64,000 nucleotides of DNA from the human T2T-CHM13v2.0 reference genome, Homo sapiens. This document shows positions 48,356 to 63,130 of this stretch, in pieces. The notes below the pieces were generated by a model. It saw only the letters and a program-made list of their open reading frames with translations. It was not told the DNA's origin and searched no databases. Made by a program: the position numbers and the translations under genes. The first letter of the stretch is position 1; each line of letters starts with the position of its first letter. The stretch lies in assembly GCF_009914755.1 (NCBI RefSeq), contig NC_060930.1, one strand, 5' to 3'.

Positions 48356-50589
48356 TTCATAGAACTTAAGAATTAATAATAAAAGAGGATACCCAGTTTA
48401 AAGTTACCAAGTAAATGACATACACTGTCAGGATAGCCAAGCATAAAACTAGTAGTCTATGTCCACAGGTAGACAAGGTTTACTGGGCATAGAACAGAAT
48501 GACTCTGAGCTAATGAGAAAAGGTTTACCAACACATCAATTAGTTTTGTGATTGTATTCAGGAGTATGACCTGGAAATTTAAGAATATGGTCAAGGAGAG
48601 GCCAACTCTTCCTACTCAAAACCCCACCCACTAAATTAAGCTAGAAGTTGTCAGAATTTGCCTAATATAAAACATAACTTTTTATTTCCAAATTTGCAGT
48701 TAGGCTTACACCACTGTTGTGCTATCTAATGCAGATTCCAGGATACCAGGTCTTTGAGCACATGGTAGTGTATCAAGAGATGAGGCAGAAATTTCTTCCA
48801 CAAGAATCCATCATCCCCGTAGGGAGTCTCTTTGTAGATTGGAAGGTTTATAAAAGAAAATGAAGTTTTGTTTAATGAGATTGAATGAAATAAGATGTGT
48901 CTGTGGATCCTCAGGATGAGATAAGGATGCAGAGACCTGGTACAGAGGGCATGGGTTTTATTACATCATTCTACTTTAGGGATCCAGCTAGTTGTCCCCC
49001 GTTTCTAGCATAGTGGGATGTTTTTCACCCGCAGACCAGTGATCAGCCTCTTCTATCCAACATCATAGTGTCTGGTTCAGTTTTTGGTTTTCATACGGAT
49101 TCCCTAGCAATTCCTGCTGCTTGAGAGTTGATAATTGTGAGGGATCAGAGGTGCATGAGAGAGTAACTGTGAAGAAAATGTATTAGCCTGAATGAAAGGG
49201 CATAGAAATAATTATACTTCCCAACTGTAGCTTTTTCACTAAGCCTAAACACGTTTTTAGCTCAGTTCACCAGAGTGTCATTTCTAGTAAAAGCCAAGCT
49301 AACAATATAAAAGTATCTTTTATTTCCTTTTTTTATGTTTATTTTCATCCTAGAGTATGTGGGGGCAGGTTGGTGATTCTGCCAAGACAAGATTAGAATA
49401 CTCCTGTGTTCCTGAATACACTCGTCAAAATACCCTGCAGTGGCACCCCAGTTTCTCTTAAATTCTCACATATAAGAAAAATAATCACCTGCACTTAATG
49501 ACTAACAAAGACATGAGATTTGAGGTGAGTAAGGAATACAGAATGACCTCAATATGTTAGAGACAAAAGGAAGGGTTAATGGCAATGTCAACTATAGATA
49601 TTACAGAACAGCAATGACCTTGGGAGAGTGAGAAGAAATTTTGTGGCATAGGTTTGCTCCTCTATACAAAACTGTAAATGTTCATTTAACATTACTAACA
49701 ATGTATGTCCGCTACCAGTTTCAGTGTTATCTATAATATTTTATCCTTGCTTTCAGGGGCAGAAACAAAGCTCTTCTATTTTACAATTTAATGTGTGGGA
49801 TATTTTCAAGAACATTATAGATGACTTCTGTCACATCTGAGTATCAATTTAGTTCATCATCACTGTAAGAGTATTACAGTTTATGTACAGTAGACAGGTA
49901 GTAGATGAAACTGATCCTCCAAGAATGATAACAGGAGGACAGATAGAAATTGGATGTACTAAAAGGTGAAGGTTGGAACAAATTTTATTGTGTTTTTACA
50001 GGATTACAATTCAAAATAACTGGTGATCCAGCTAACTGGGTGCTCCTTTTTACAAATTATCATTAATTATTATTAATCCTCTCAATGTCAAAGGGATTGC
50101 TGTGTTGATTATATTTAAAATAAGTTTTAATAAAATTGGCCATGCATATATATCCTAAAATAAACTAAAGGATAAGCTCATTTTAAATTGTGTATTTGTT
50201 GCATTTGATTTGTTCAGTTACTGTAAGGATTACAAGTGTTAACCTTGTTAGGCTGTTATTAGCATTTAAATTAATGGTTTTCCATCAATAGAAAGCAGAT
50301 AGCCTAGTTCTCGTGTTATTTGTAAAACAAACATTAAAACTAAGATATATCTGATCCAAATAGTTTTGAGCTAAATTTAAATACACATCAATGAAATATT
50401 GGCAAAAGTTGCTTCCAAATTTCTGGCACAAAATGTACTCCCATTTGTCATCTCTAAACCACAGCTTGTAAGCATTGAAGAATCCACAGGTTGAATCTAA
50501 TATGCTGAAAAATTCCTTCTAGCTATTTACAGTGCCTTCCTTTATAATTAAATGATAGTTATTCCCTCTTTGATTTTCAGATCAATTTT

Positions 50590-52110
50590 AAACATATTTT
50601 TTAAAATTTTGGAATAATTTTGGTTTTCTAGAAAAATTACAAAGATAGTACAGAGAATCACCATACTTTCAAATCCAAATCCTCCTATAATGAACATCTA
50701 ATACCGATGTCAGAAACCTGTCATAACTAATCAGCCTACATTGATGCATTATTGTTTACTTAAAGCCTACACTTTATTCAGATTTTCATAGTGTTACCTA
50801 ATGTCCTTATTCTTTCCCAGGATCCAACTATATGTAGTCATCTTAAGTTTCTCTTGAGTGTGTCAGTGTCTCAGTTTTCTTATTTTTGATGACCTTCACG
50901 GTTTTCAGGAGAACTGGCTAGGTATTTTGTAGATTTGTCCATTGGGAGTTAACTGATGTTTGTCTCACGTATAGACTAGGGTTACGTGTTTTGGGGAAGA
51001 AAACCACAGAGGTAAAGTGTCATTTTCATCACAACGTATATTGAAAGTAGATATTTTCAATATAATTTATCACAATCGGTGTTGACACTGATCCACTGGC
51101 TTAGGCAATGTTTGTCAGGTTTCTTCACTGTAAAGTTGTTCTTTCCTCTGCCTTTCCATACAATATTGTTTGGAAGGAAGTAACTATACATAGCTTCCTG
51201 TTAAGGGGTAGAGTTATAATACTCCTGGAGTGTGGAGTATCTACATAAAATATTTGGAATAATTTTGCATGAAAAATTGATCTAATCTCTTCCATGTATT
51301 TATTTAATCATTTATTTATAGCAATATATATAATGGTGGTTTATTTAATAATCTGAGCATAACCTAATACTGCTTTATATATTGTGTTGCTCATATTGTT
51401 CCAGTTTAGGCCCCTGGGAGCTCTTTAATTTGGTATTTGTGTCCTTTGACACATACCCATCAATTTTTTTTGTTTGTATTTTCCATATTTGTTTGTAGTA
51501 CTTCATCTTTTTTGTATTTAAAGCTTTATATAATTTTGACATTTATTTTAGATTCAACCAGTACATAGGTAGGTAAGTTGCATGGGTGTACTGCATGATG
51601 CTAAGGTTTGAGATATAAATGATCCTGTCAACCAGATAGTGAGCATAGTAGCCACAGTTTTTCAACCCTTTTCTCCCTCCCTCTCTCCCCCACTTATAGA
51701 AGTCCTCAGTGTTTATTCTTGCTATATTTATGTCCATGAGTACCCCATGTATAACACTCACTTATAAGTGAGAACATGTGATATTTGGTTTTCTGTTCCT
51801 GGATTAATTCAATTAGGATAATGGCCTTCAGTAGCATCCATGTTGCTGCAAAGTATGTGATTTCATTCTTTTTATGGCTGTATAGTATTCCTTGGTGTAT
51901 AAGTACCACATTTTTTAAATCCAGTACACCATTGATGGGCACCTAGATTGATTCTGTGTCTTTGCTATTGTGAATAGTGTTTTTAGCACTTCCTTTATTT
52001 TGGCAACTTACTTCAAGATCCTCTTGCATGTTCCCTGCCCCAATCCTAGAATCAGCTATTCTGGAAGCCATGGTTCCATTTATTGGAGGATTCTATTAGA
52101 ATTTAGTAGA
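50590..52110 (-). mobile_element. Old L1MC/L1MD-type 3'UTR, split by a younger L1
   Basis: aaagatagtacagagaat, cactttattcagattt, tttttgatgacctt.acggtttt, ttttggggaagaaaaccacagaggtaaagtg. Resumes at ~51980 (gcacttcctt..tggca, ccctgcccc.atcctagaatcagc). Confidence 0.75.
51510..51980 (-). mobile_element. L1PA15/16-like 3' end nested in the L1MC/MD element
   Basis: tgcatgatgctaaggtttg...gatcctgtcaaccagatagtgagcatagt; cacttataagtgagaacatgtg. ORF 51706-51942 resembles the ORF2 C-terminus. Confidence 0.85.
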
Positions 52111-52424
52111 CTCATTGCTACCAGTAGTAAACTTTTTGCTGAAATAAATGCCAGAAAATAAATTATTTCTATGTGTATCTATGTCTGTAGGTATATAAAA
52201 CATCTGTTATACCTTCTCTCCTCATTGAATTATTCAATTCAAGTTAATTACAAATGCTGTCTGCCCCATAAAAAGTCACTTAGGTGGAATTTCTTTGTGT
52301 GTGAGGAAAAATGAACTATAACTTACTATGATATTGCAGTGGTAATTGAAAGGAGAGCAATAAGTGAACACTTAAGCCACTCTTGGAATGGAGAGAAGAT
52401 GTCTCGAGAAAACACATTCACATT

Positions 52425-53027
52425 TGTATTCGTTTTCTATTGCTGTATATAAAACTAATATAAATTTAGTGGCTTAAGACATACTAATTTGTTATCTTAT
52501 AGTATTTCTAGATTATAAATCCAGTCACAAATTAATGGGCTCTCTGCTCAGGATCTCACAGTAGTAACACAAATGTATTGGCCAGGTTGTGTTCTCACGT
52601 AAGGTTTGAGATTTTCTTTCTAAGCTCATGTGGTTTGACTAAATTCAATACTTATTAGTTATAGGACAGAAGTTCCATTTAATTACCAACTATCATCTTC
52701 ATGCTTCTCTGAGCTTCTAGAGGCCACTCACATTCCTTACCATATAATCCCCTCCAGTTTCAAAGTTATCAAAGAAGAATCTTCCTCATGTTGAGTTTCT
52801 CTCATGCTGTATATTTCTTTTTCCAGGAAGATCCTGCCTCTTAAAGTTTCACCTAATTAGATTCTGCCCATTGAAGATAATCTCCTTCTCTTAAAGTCAC
52901 CTGTGCCATATCAAAAAACCTAAGCATAGGAGTAAAATCTGTCATATTCTCAAGTCCCATGCAATAAACAGGTGGGAAGACAGGGGGCAGTAACACTGGA
53001 GACCATCTTAGAATTGTGCCTACCATA
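52425..53027 (-). mobile_element. MaLR solo LTR (MLT1E-like)
   Basis: Starts tgtattcgttttctattgctg, contains ttctagaggccactcacattcctt, ends ccatcttagaattgtgcctaccata. Confidence 0.85.
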
Positions 53028-56000
53028 GATCTGTATTTTTATAATTTAGTAGAACATTCTAAGTTGCAGATATAAAGAGAGCAGGCACTAGGCAGAAGAT
53101 AGAGGTAAGCAAGACATATGAAGTGTAAATACAAGTAATTCAGGATTGATGAGGTAGAAGACTTCCAGTCTGGCCTTTGGGAGATGACACTATATAAGTA
53201 ATATGGCATGAATTAATGAGGACCTCATTCCATGCTAAGAAGACTTCAATTTTTCTGTAGTTTGTAGAGAATTTTAATCAAGGAGTAACAAGTAAAATTT
53301 CTTATAGTGATGAAACACAGAGACAACAGCACAAGTGGTAATTCCGCATATTACAAAGCTGGTGTCAGAACCGTCCAGGCAAGAGTTGACAAAGGCATCA
53401 AATAAGAAAATGATAGTAGGAGAGATGAGATATGTATATAATTACCCTCGAAAATGGGGTTAGGGTTCATAATGCCTTCAGTTGTGTAGGCCATAGCGAG
53501 ATTATCCAGGAAGACTCATGATCAAATGACCCAGGAGAGGGGCTCTTTGGGTCTGTCAGGAGAATGCAGAGTTGTCAATTATGAAGCACAATATATAAGT
53601 GAAGGTTTCTGGGAAATAAGGCTAGAAATATGGCATCGATCATCCTGTAAAGTATCTTTAATGGAAACATGCTGGAAGAGTAATCATGCATTTGCATTTG
53701 AGATTATTGAAGAATTCTAATGTAATTTTTAAACAAGAAAAAAATAAGAAACCAGAATGCCAAAGACTAGAAAGTGAAAACTTTAACAATTGCACAGCGT
53801 TAATAATTGCACAGTGGCAAAATTCATTTGACTCAGGCATAGGATGACCATGATTTAAGTGTTTAGTATTCTATTAATACTTAGTAAGGGAGTAATCTTG
53901 CTCCAATTGCCCAAGAACAATAACCATGCAACAGTTTCATGTCATGATGTTTTGCACATACTCAATTCTGGTAAGAAATAATAAGAAATAGGTCATATTT
54001 TGTCTTTGAAACTGTCCACCTCCCTCCCCAGTCCATTTATACCTAACTTGGGGCCAATATGATGGCTGGGGACAGACAAAGGAGAGCTAAATAGAAAAGA
54101 AAAGCAATTGTATAGAGTCATATAATAGAGTAGAAAACACTAATCTACTTCATTTCTTCTTTTTCTGTTCCCCTGACTCTGGAGTAAGCTAGGGATTAAG
54201 CAAACAGTTGCCAAAAAGACTTCTTGCTATTTTAAATGACAGGTTTCTATTGGACAACCATCATTTCAAAACTGAAACAAATGTTGTCACTTATTACAAT
54301 GGAAAATACATGCACATAAAAATGCATTTCTATTTTTCATCTGGGACTAAGATTTCTTAGAATACATAAGTATCTTTAAGTTGTATGCAGACTGCAGAGA
54401 TGATTACACATCACACTGTCATTTAGAATTAGCTTTGTGTACATAGATAGGAAAAAGAAGTGGGCATAAGACAACTATCCATTTTATTTAATCAGTCTAG
54501 AAAATTTGATTTTCTTTGTTTTGACATTGTTTGGCTATCGAGATGGATCTTTTTAAATGATAGTAGTCAAATTTCTATGTCACTTTATGTTTCGATTTAG
54601 CCTGAGCCAAGGAAATGTTTTTATCCTCTTTACTTCTAAGATATTTGTTTAGGAACCTGGGTAAAGAGAGAATTGCAATTGAAGGGCACGGCAAGGTATA
54701 TAGAGAACAAAGAAGATGTATGGACACTTCTAAGTTGACTTTATAATATACCATCAAATTATTTGATATTATATATCAAAATAGCTGCTAAATAAACAGC
54801 ATATAAACTAATTAGTGGGGACCCATGACCAGCATAAGCACCAAAATTATATAAAATAATTCTTTTATCAACTCACAACTCCTTTAAGAGAACACTGACT
54901 TATGATTCTACTCACCTAAGGATGAGAGACAAAAGTGGGTCTCCTCTTTTGCTCTGGCATCTTCTAAATTGACTTCACCTTTGTTCTTGGTTAATAAAGT
55001 ATTGTAGGTAAAAAAGTTATCTTGTTAAAATTTTAATAAATTCAGGAAATATAGTATAGATGAAGGGAACAATATAAAATTAAGCAATATTTTTATCTTC
55101 ATAAAAATTATTTATACTTTGCAATTTATAAAGCTTGCTCACAAGCTTAGTTTTACTTGGTTGTAATAATGGAAATAGAATACATACAAAAACTGTTATT
55201 TTGGGGTATGAATTTTGTAAGATTTGGAAGTAAAATCTTGAGAGTCTTGCTTCCTTTCAGAGTAAATAGATATGCAATTGAGCACTTGTTTCATAATCTC
55301 TGATCATCAAGATTCCAGGACCTTCCATTAACTTCCCAGTGTAATCTGTCCCTAGCTAGCAGCCTTATGTGGTCATTTCTTTTTGTAATTCTACCAACGT
55401 GTATCACTTTCATTTTATCACCTCTCTGGTAGTCCTTATGTATTCTCTAGCATACAAGAAAGTTGTGAAGGATTCTGTTTTAAATTTTATGCCTGAAATT
55501 TTGATTTCTGTGCTTTTGGCCCCAAAACATATTCTCTATTTCATAATTCCCCTCTTACAAAATGGAAGAGTTGCCTTTTAAAATTCTTTTCTGTGCCATG
55601 GTTTTGAAATTCTTTCAAATATGTAGGAAGTAGAACGAAATAAGGATAAATTGGCCAATCTCAATCTTCCTTGACTAAATGGAAGTTTTTTCCTGGATAG
55701 CGGCAGGGCCACACATAAGAGAGGATCAGAAAAAAAAAAACAGATTAATATTTCATTATATTATCTCACTACAATGATTTTAAAGATAAGGTGAGTAAGG
55801 TTCATAGTAATTTAGAGACTTGTATATGATTATGATGATAGAAAACTGGAAAGTAGCTTGAATTGCTCTCTGTAAAATCTCATGCAAGGATTTTTTGATG
55901 TCATAATCTAATTTATCTTTCAGAGAAATACACTTAATTGGAGAAATATAAAATTTGTGCTCTCTTTTGAAGAAATAATGTTGATTAGATCAAGACTCAA

Positions 56001-57710
56001 CAGTCTTTATAGGTGCTGACTGCCATGTCTTCAGTGCTATGGGAACATTGAGAAGGATGTAACTCACAGTCTGGACTGTTGCGGAAGTTGTTAAAGGTAA
56101 CTGGTGTTTTGAGAGAAGGACAAGGGAGTTGGTTGAATAGAATTTCATAGACAATGGCACCCATATGCTAGAATTTGTAACTAATTCAATCATAGGGTAC
56201 ATTTAGGGTAGAAAAGTGGGAGAAGAATTGATAAAAGTTGCGGTAAATGAGGCTTGCATGTAAGTCATTAATAATCTTATATCTCATTTATTGCAAAGAC
56301 AAACTATTTATGATTCCAAGAGACAAATGCATTTAATCTGTGATTGGGAAAGATAACTATTGATGGTAGAATGTTAAAATAAAACTTCTTGTCAGGAAAG
56401 GCAGTTTGGAAGTAATTGGAGTATCTCAACAAGGAGCTAATGTTTTATACTTGAAATCATTCAAAAACAAGTAGTGTTATGAAGAGAAAGAAAAAATCAA
56501 GATATATTTAGTAGAAAGAACCAACAGGGCCTAAAGACTGATAGTGTGAGATTTTGTGCATTGTGCATTAAAACATCTGATACCTGGCACACACAACCAT
56601 TCAATAAATGTCCAATCACTCTTTCCTTGCAACCTGTGTTGGATTGCTTTTTACATGAATATAACTCATACCTGTCTGCCATGAAAGTTATGTCAATATA
56701 GCTTCTAAAGCAATTGGAGTATGATATGAAGATCTATCATTAAACATAATGAAAAAAAATTCAGGAATGTAAAATAGTGTTCATATGCATGTTTGACTAC
56801 AGAAGCACACATTTACAAACATAGTTTTATACACTGACACCAATAAATGTGGGTGTTATATTACTCAAATGTAGACATTATATCTGTAGATTTACAAGGT
56901 CAGAAAACCATTATATCATCAAACTAGTGTGCAATTAATGTTTGCAAAACAAATGAATGTAAAGTCTTGGTACTTTTTGCAGTTTTATATTTTGCAAGTT
57001 TAAAGCAGTAGGTTTTGAGGAATAAAACTCTAATACTAGCCACCAAATAAAAATTAATCAAGATCATTTATTAGTTACCACATCCACTCTACATTTTTTG
57101 CATTTGCTTTTTCCTCTAGATGCATGAGTTTTAATGGATTAAGATGGTAAGGAGTATCAATAGGATGAAGACAATTTTAAAAAATAGAAAGTAATAAGAG
57201 GAAAAGAGAGGAACAGCACTCCATTCGGAGTTAAACATAAACCACAAACTTCCCCATCCCCTACATGCAGTGTCTATTTCTAGTGTGCTTTCAAATGCTC
57301 CCTGCCTCTCTGTAAATACTGTTATTATTCTCTCACTTGAGTTATTGTTCTCCACTCATAATATTGATGCAATTCAGAAATTCTATTTATGTCAACTTAA
57401 TAAATGTATATCTCCAAATGACAGGGAAAACACCCCTCAGAAAGTTGTTTGCTGCTTTCTAGTTGGGGTACCATAACCAATTTTACTGGAAAATTTAACT
57501 ACATCACTGTTAAACAATTTGCATGTTACTAAATCCTTTGCATGCTGAATATAAGAGGTCCATCAACCATGTTGCTTTAATCACCCCCCATTTCAGTAAA
57601 AACTATATTTTCTGATAAATTACCTTGAGAAATCACATGCAGATATTTAGGATGTGCACTCCAATCATAAAAAAGTTAAAAATATAAACAGAATTTAAGA
57701 ATCAAAGAAA

Positions 57711-58030
<320 letters not shown>

Positions 58031-58134
58031 GTCAAAGAAGTTATACCATGTTATATAACGAAAAAAATATTCCTCATGATTTTAATAAAATAATACAGAA
58101 AAGATGTTAGGATTAAGTAAAAATTTGTATTTCA

Positions 58135-58640
58135 AAGCAATGGTTCTCATCTGTTTGTCAAAATCATTTATAAAATATTTAAAAAAACAGATTATTGGAA
58201 TCTCCTTTCCTCAACTATTTCCAGAGATTACACATAAGTGTAGGCAGAACCCCTGGTATCAGAATTTATAATTTCCTACATCACAGTTAATCACAGCCAA
58301 CTTTGAACACTACTGTTTTCAAAAAGGCGTTTTTGCCACCGTGTAGACTAGAGATTAACCTTGTCTTCATACTAGAATGTTTGGAGAACTCTAAAATTAC
58401 CAGTATTCAGTGGCATTCTAAATCAATTAAAATGGATACCAATACCTAGCATAATTCCAGCTCCAGTAAGGATCTCTTGGAATGGAACCCACACATTGGT
58501 ATTTTTCAGGTCCTAGGGAATAACCTTATTAAACATAAGTGAAAATTCCATTTCAAAAATGTCGATATTTGAATGCTTTTTGTTGCATTATCTAAATTTA
58601 GTTTGTCTAGTAATCATCTTTGAACATAATGTTAAAGATG
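58135..58640. mobile_element. Two degenerate MER5-like hAT fossils
   Basis: gcaatggttctca...cagccaactttgaacactactg, and cagtggcattctaaatc...tctcttggaatggaaccc. Confidence 0.45.
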
Positions 58641-60576
58641 ATTAATACAATGTATAATATGACTACTTAAAATATTTGACTTACAGATACATTGCTTTTA
58701 GTATTTGTTTTTTGACAGTTTACTTCATCTCTAACTACCCTGTCATTCATGGTCAAATTATTTCTGAAATACTAATTGCTTTTAAGACTCAATTTGTCAT
58801 CTACTTTGGTTTCCTGTCACCCCTAAAAGCCTATATCAGTTTTAATAGGAAGAATTTAAAAGACATGGTTTAAAATTAATTTGAATTAACTTTAAATATA
58901 ATTTCATATTTATTGTAATCTAGGAAAATGTAAATTTGAGTGACAATTTGATGTTAAGGCATTCCCTGACATATCATGTAACTTTTTTGAGAAATAGATG
59001 AGGAAAATCATAGTTTTTTTCAGCAGTGGTAAAAATATAGATTTCAGCTGAACTGGGATAACTCTAGGCTTATCTCTGTTGTTTCTGGGGACACCTGCAA
59101 GTCTCGTACTAACTTTTGAACAAGATAAGAATGAGTGAGACAATTAATGATTTATACAGTTCTATTTAAAAGTCAGAAACTCCAGTGGTGGTACTCAGGG
59201 TTGGTTTGCTTATTGATGTCTTACACTTGGTATAATTGGTTAAACAACCTGGCTTGCTTCCATAATCAGCGTGGCATAAGTGGCTCTGCAGCGAATTACT
59301 GCCTTTACTGTCCTGAAACCATGACCCTTTGAACATATATTGGTGATTCATAATGAAGAGAGGAAGTCTGTCCTAAGAAAGGACTTAGAGGAACTACACC
59401 TGAAATTCTCTTCAACTCTCATGCTTGCCTGCCCTTCTTTCATGTGTGGAACTAGAACTGTATCTTTATTTTATTAAACCTGCCTTTAAGATTATTATGT
59501 AAGATTTTAGGAGTCTTTTTAGTGATCTGACTCCATGAACTCATTGCAGGTAGCTTTCATAAATATAATTCTGTACCCATGGTCTCCTCTGTGAAGCCAT
59601 TTTGATTACCAGGGAGAACTATGTTCTCTTGTGTGTCCCCATAGGACCTACCTATGCATATCTGCATTTGAGCATTTGTTACATTATCCTGTAAATGTTG
59701 CTCAGGTGCCTATTTTCCTCTCTAGATTATAAATTCCTGGGGAAAAAAAGTGAGCATGATTTAATTATCTACTTATTCCTACCCACTTTTTCAAAAATGT
59801 CATTTTAAAATTTTTGTTTATAAAACAGACCATGTAACATCAACCAAAAAAAATCAACTATACATTTTTATGCTCATAAAGGTCCAATTCTCTTTATCCT
59901 TCAAGTCCTAAGCACTTAACAAATGTCTTTATCTAAGATATTAGACACATTATTTGATTATGAATTCAATCAAAGAATGACCAAATGTATGATTTTTAGA
60001 AAAGTATATACATGGCTTCCAGTTACCTGAGAAGGAACAAAAACATTATATTTGCAGAACTTTAGGCCACTGAATTTGAAAACTAAAACAAAAAATATTG
60101 ATACACAAGTCCTATTTATGTCACCTGTGATCTTAAATGTTAGGGTGATAACTGAAAGCAGGTAAGAGGGAACTGAGGCAAACTGAATAACATTGAATAA
60201 GATAAGCCAGATTCCAGATTTTTCAAATATTGCTAGAAAACTGTCATAGATAATCCAATTATATCTTTTGTTTTATTTCTTGTGCATATTAAGATTTTGT
60301 TTAAAAACTGTTTTCATATTCTAGGAATTAAAATTTCATATAGTAGAAATTAAAAAAAAATCAGTCCTGAAATATACTGCAATCAGTTAAGGCAAACAGA
60401 CATTCCCAAACAACAAAAATATCAACACTCTAGAACTCTGACTTACTCCCACTAAAGAATTTTAAGAAACTGATTAATGGAATGGAATTGACACCATTTG
60501 TGGACATACATTTTGAGGAAGCTAGCACAGTTCTATATTCTCCATAGAGGCAGAAATACTCTATTGCTGATTTCTG

Positions 60577-60698
60577 TGGTGATTCTGGCAAGCTATTTAG
60601 TGTCTCTAGTCTTTATATCAAGTAGATGTTCAATAAAGGACCGAAATTACATGAAAAATAGTTCTATATGTTGTCAGATTTTTCAGATATGGTTTATT
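60577..60698 (+). repeat. Copy A of a 122-bp dispersed direct repeat (partner at 61854-61975)
   Basis: Ungapped alignment with about 11 mismatches in 122 bp. Confidence 0.93.
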
Positions 60699-61261
60699 GC
60701 TTTCCCCTGCAGCTTTTGAGCTATAATTAACACATAATTATACATAATTGAAATATACAATTGTATGTTTGGTTCAGTGAAATCTAGATAATGAACATAG
60801 CCATATCTCCAGATACTTCCCGATGACCATTTGTGTAACTGTATGAAATAGTAAAATCACAATTATTTTCCCTAAAAATGAAATTATTGTTAAAATCCAA
60901 GTGATTATAATGGCAAGTATCTTGCTCTTCACATTAAGCCACCACTTAACTGTATTGTAGCTCACCACATTATAGTTAAACGTTACAATTCACTAAAGAT
61001 TGTATTGGAATTCTTACCCCATCCATCCCAGTCTGAGTGCGTGTATGTATGTATGTGTGTGTATTGACACTGGGTAATATCACCGTTATTACAATCTTTC
61101 TTAATAGAGTGCATATTGGGCATATATACTAAGATTTTGAGTGTCTATTTCTTTACTTGCTAAACACAGCACTGAAAACTTCACCAATGTTATCAAACAG
61201 ACTGCAGACTGTCTCAAGTAGCATTCTGTAATAAAACACTTCACCTACCTAGAGAACTTAG

Positions 61262-61456
61262 TTTCCTTCCCCCCTCTTTCCCCCCTTCTTTGCCTCCCTC
61301 TCTTTCTCCCTCTTTCTCTTTCTACCCTTCTCTCTCTCCTTCTCTCTCTCTCTCCCTCTCTCTCTCTCCTTCTCCCTCTTTCTCTTTCGACCCTTCTCTC
61401 TCTCCTTCTCTCTCTCTCTCTCCCTCTCTCTCTCTCTCCTTCTCTCTCTTTCTTCC
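61262..61456. repeat. Polypyrimidine (CT-rich) tract with a ~66-bp internal duplication
   Basis: About 195 bp almost purely C/T. The unit ttctccctctttctctttc(t/g)acccttctctc... starts at ~61304 and ~61370. Confidence 0.92.
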
Positions 61457-61853
61457 TATCATTTATTATTCTATTTGTATCAAAAAGGAAAAGAAAACAT
61501 GTCCCTTTTGGTTAGACTCTTACTCTTCAACCTTCACATTATGAAATCCTTAGCTTACATAGATTTGGCACATATATATATACACACACATACATAAGAT
61601 ATATGTGTGTATATATGTATTTTATGTATGTATGTATGTTGTATGTGTATATTATATATATACATACATAAGATATATATATATATCTTATGCTATCTCT
61701 AAATTTGCAGTTTCATTTCTTAAAATTCAAAAAAGTAGTTGGAGTTTCAGCAGAAAATTGTAGTACATGTGGAGTATTTGTGACACTGGGGAAGAGGAAA
61801 GCAGCATAAAAATTATGTTTCTGTTTCTCTTTAATGAAGTTCCAGGTTGATTC

Positions 61854-61975
61854 TGGTAATTCTGGCAAGGTATTTAGAGTCTGTAGCCTGGATATCAAGT
61901 AGATGTTCAATAAATGACTGAAATTACATGAAGAATAGTTCTATATGTTGTCAAATTTTTCAGATATGGTTTATT
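61854..61975 (+). repeat. Copy B of the 122-bp dispersed direct repeat
   Basis: Matches 60577-60698. Confidence 0.93.
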
Positions 61976-62126
61976 AGCAAGTATATAGTGTTTAATTTAA
62001 TATGTAACCCACCATTTCAGATACTGACATATACTTTTTAGGTAAAATAACATTGCCACACTTTCGTAGCTGTTAATGTTATGTAAGGACATTAGTGAAA
62101 ACTAAACTACTGATCAATTTTAATAA

Positions 62127-62577
<451 letters not shown>

Positions 62578-63130
62578 TATTTTTATGATTGCTAAACGAG
62601 TGAAAAGGGTGAAAAATATTAGCAACATGTATAGCTGATAAAAGGCTCATAAACATAAGACAAAGAATAATTAATCATAAGAAAAAGACAAAGGCATTTT
62701 CTTCTTTCAACTCTTTATGGGGGTATTCCTTCCTAATTTCATTTTCTAGAAAAGGGAACAGGCTTGAGCATTGTCTTACTGAAGGTTACACAGGAAAGTG
62801 GCAGAAAACAGATTCAAACCTAGAACCCCACTTACCTCCAAAAGAGGCAGGTTTTTGGAGAATTCAGATTAATTCTACATCATTAACAAGAGTTGTTTTT
62901 GTTGTTTCTTTTTTATGTCAGTCTTTGCTGTCTTTGCTTCTCTTGGCCTGAATTTTATCATCTGGGAAATAAATGAAGGGGAAGAATCACAACACTGATT
63001 TTTAAATGGAATTTTATTTAAACAACCCGAATTACCAATAAATCTGCAGAAAAGACTCACACCATTGTTAAAGTTCAAGAAAATTCAAATTAAAAGCAAA
63101 ACTAGATGCCACTAAACAACAACCAGACCT

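Noticed and set aside
54575-54660. Good minus-strand acceptor (ctctctttacccAG) followed by FLNKYLRSKEDK...
   Set aside because: No convincing donor before the stop codon, and no recognisable protein.
61290-61544. Ser/Pro/Leu-rich 84-aa ORF
   Set aside because: An artefact of translating the CT-rich simple repeat.
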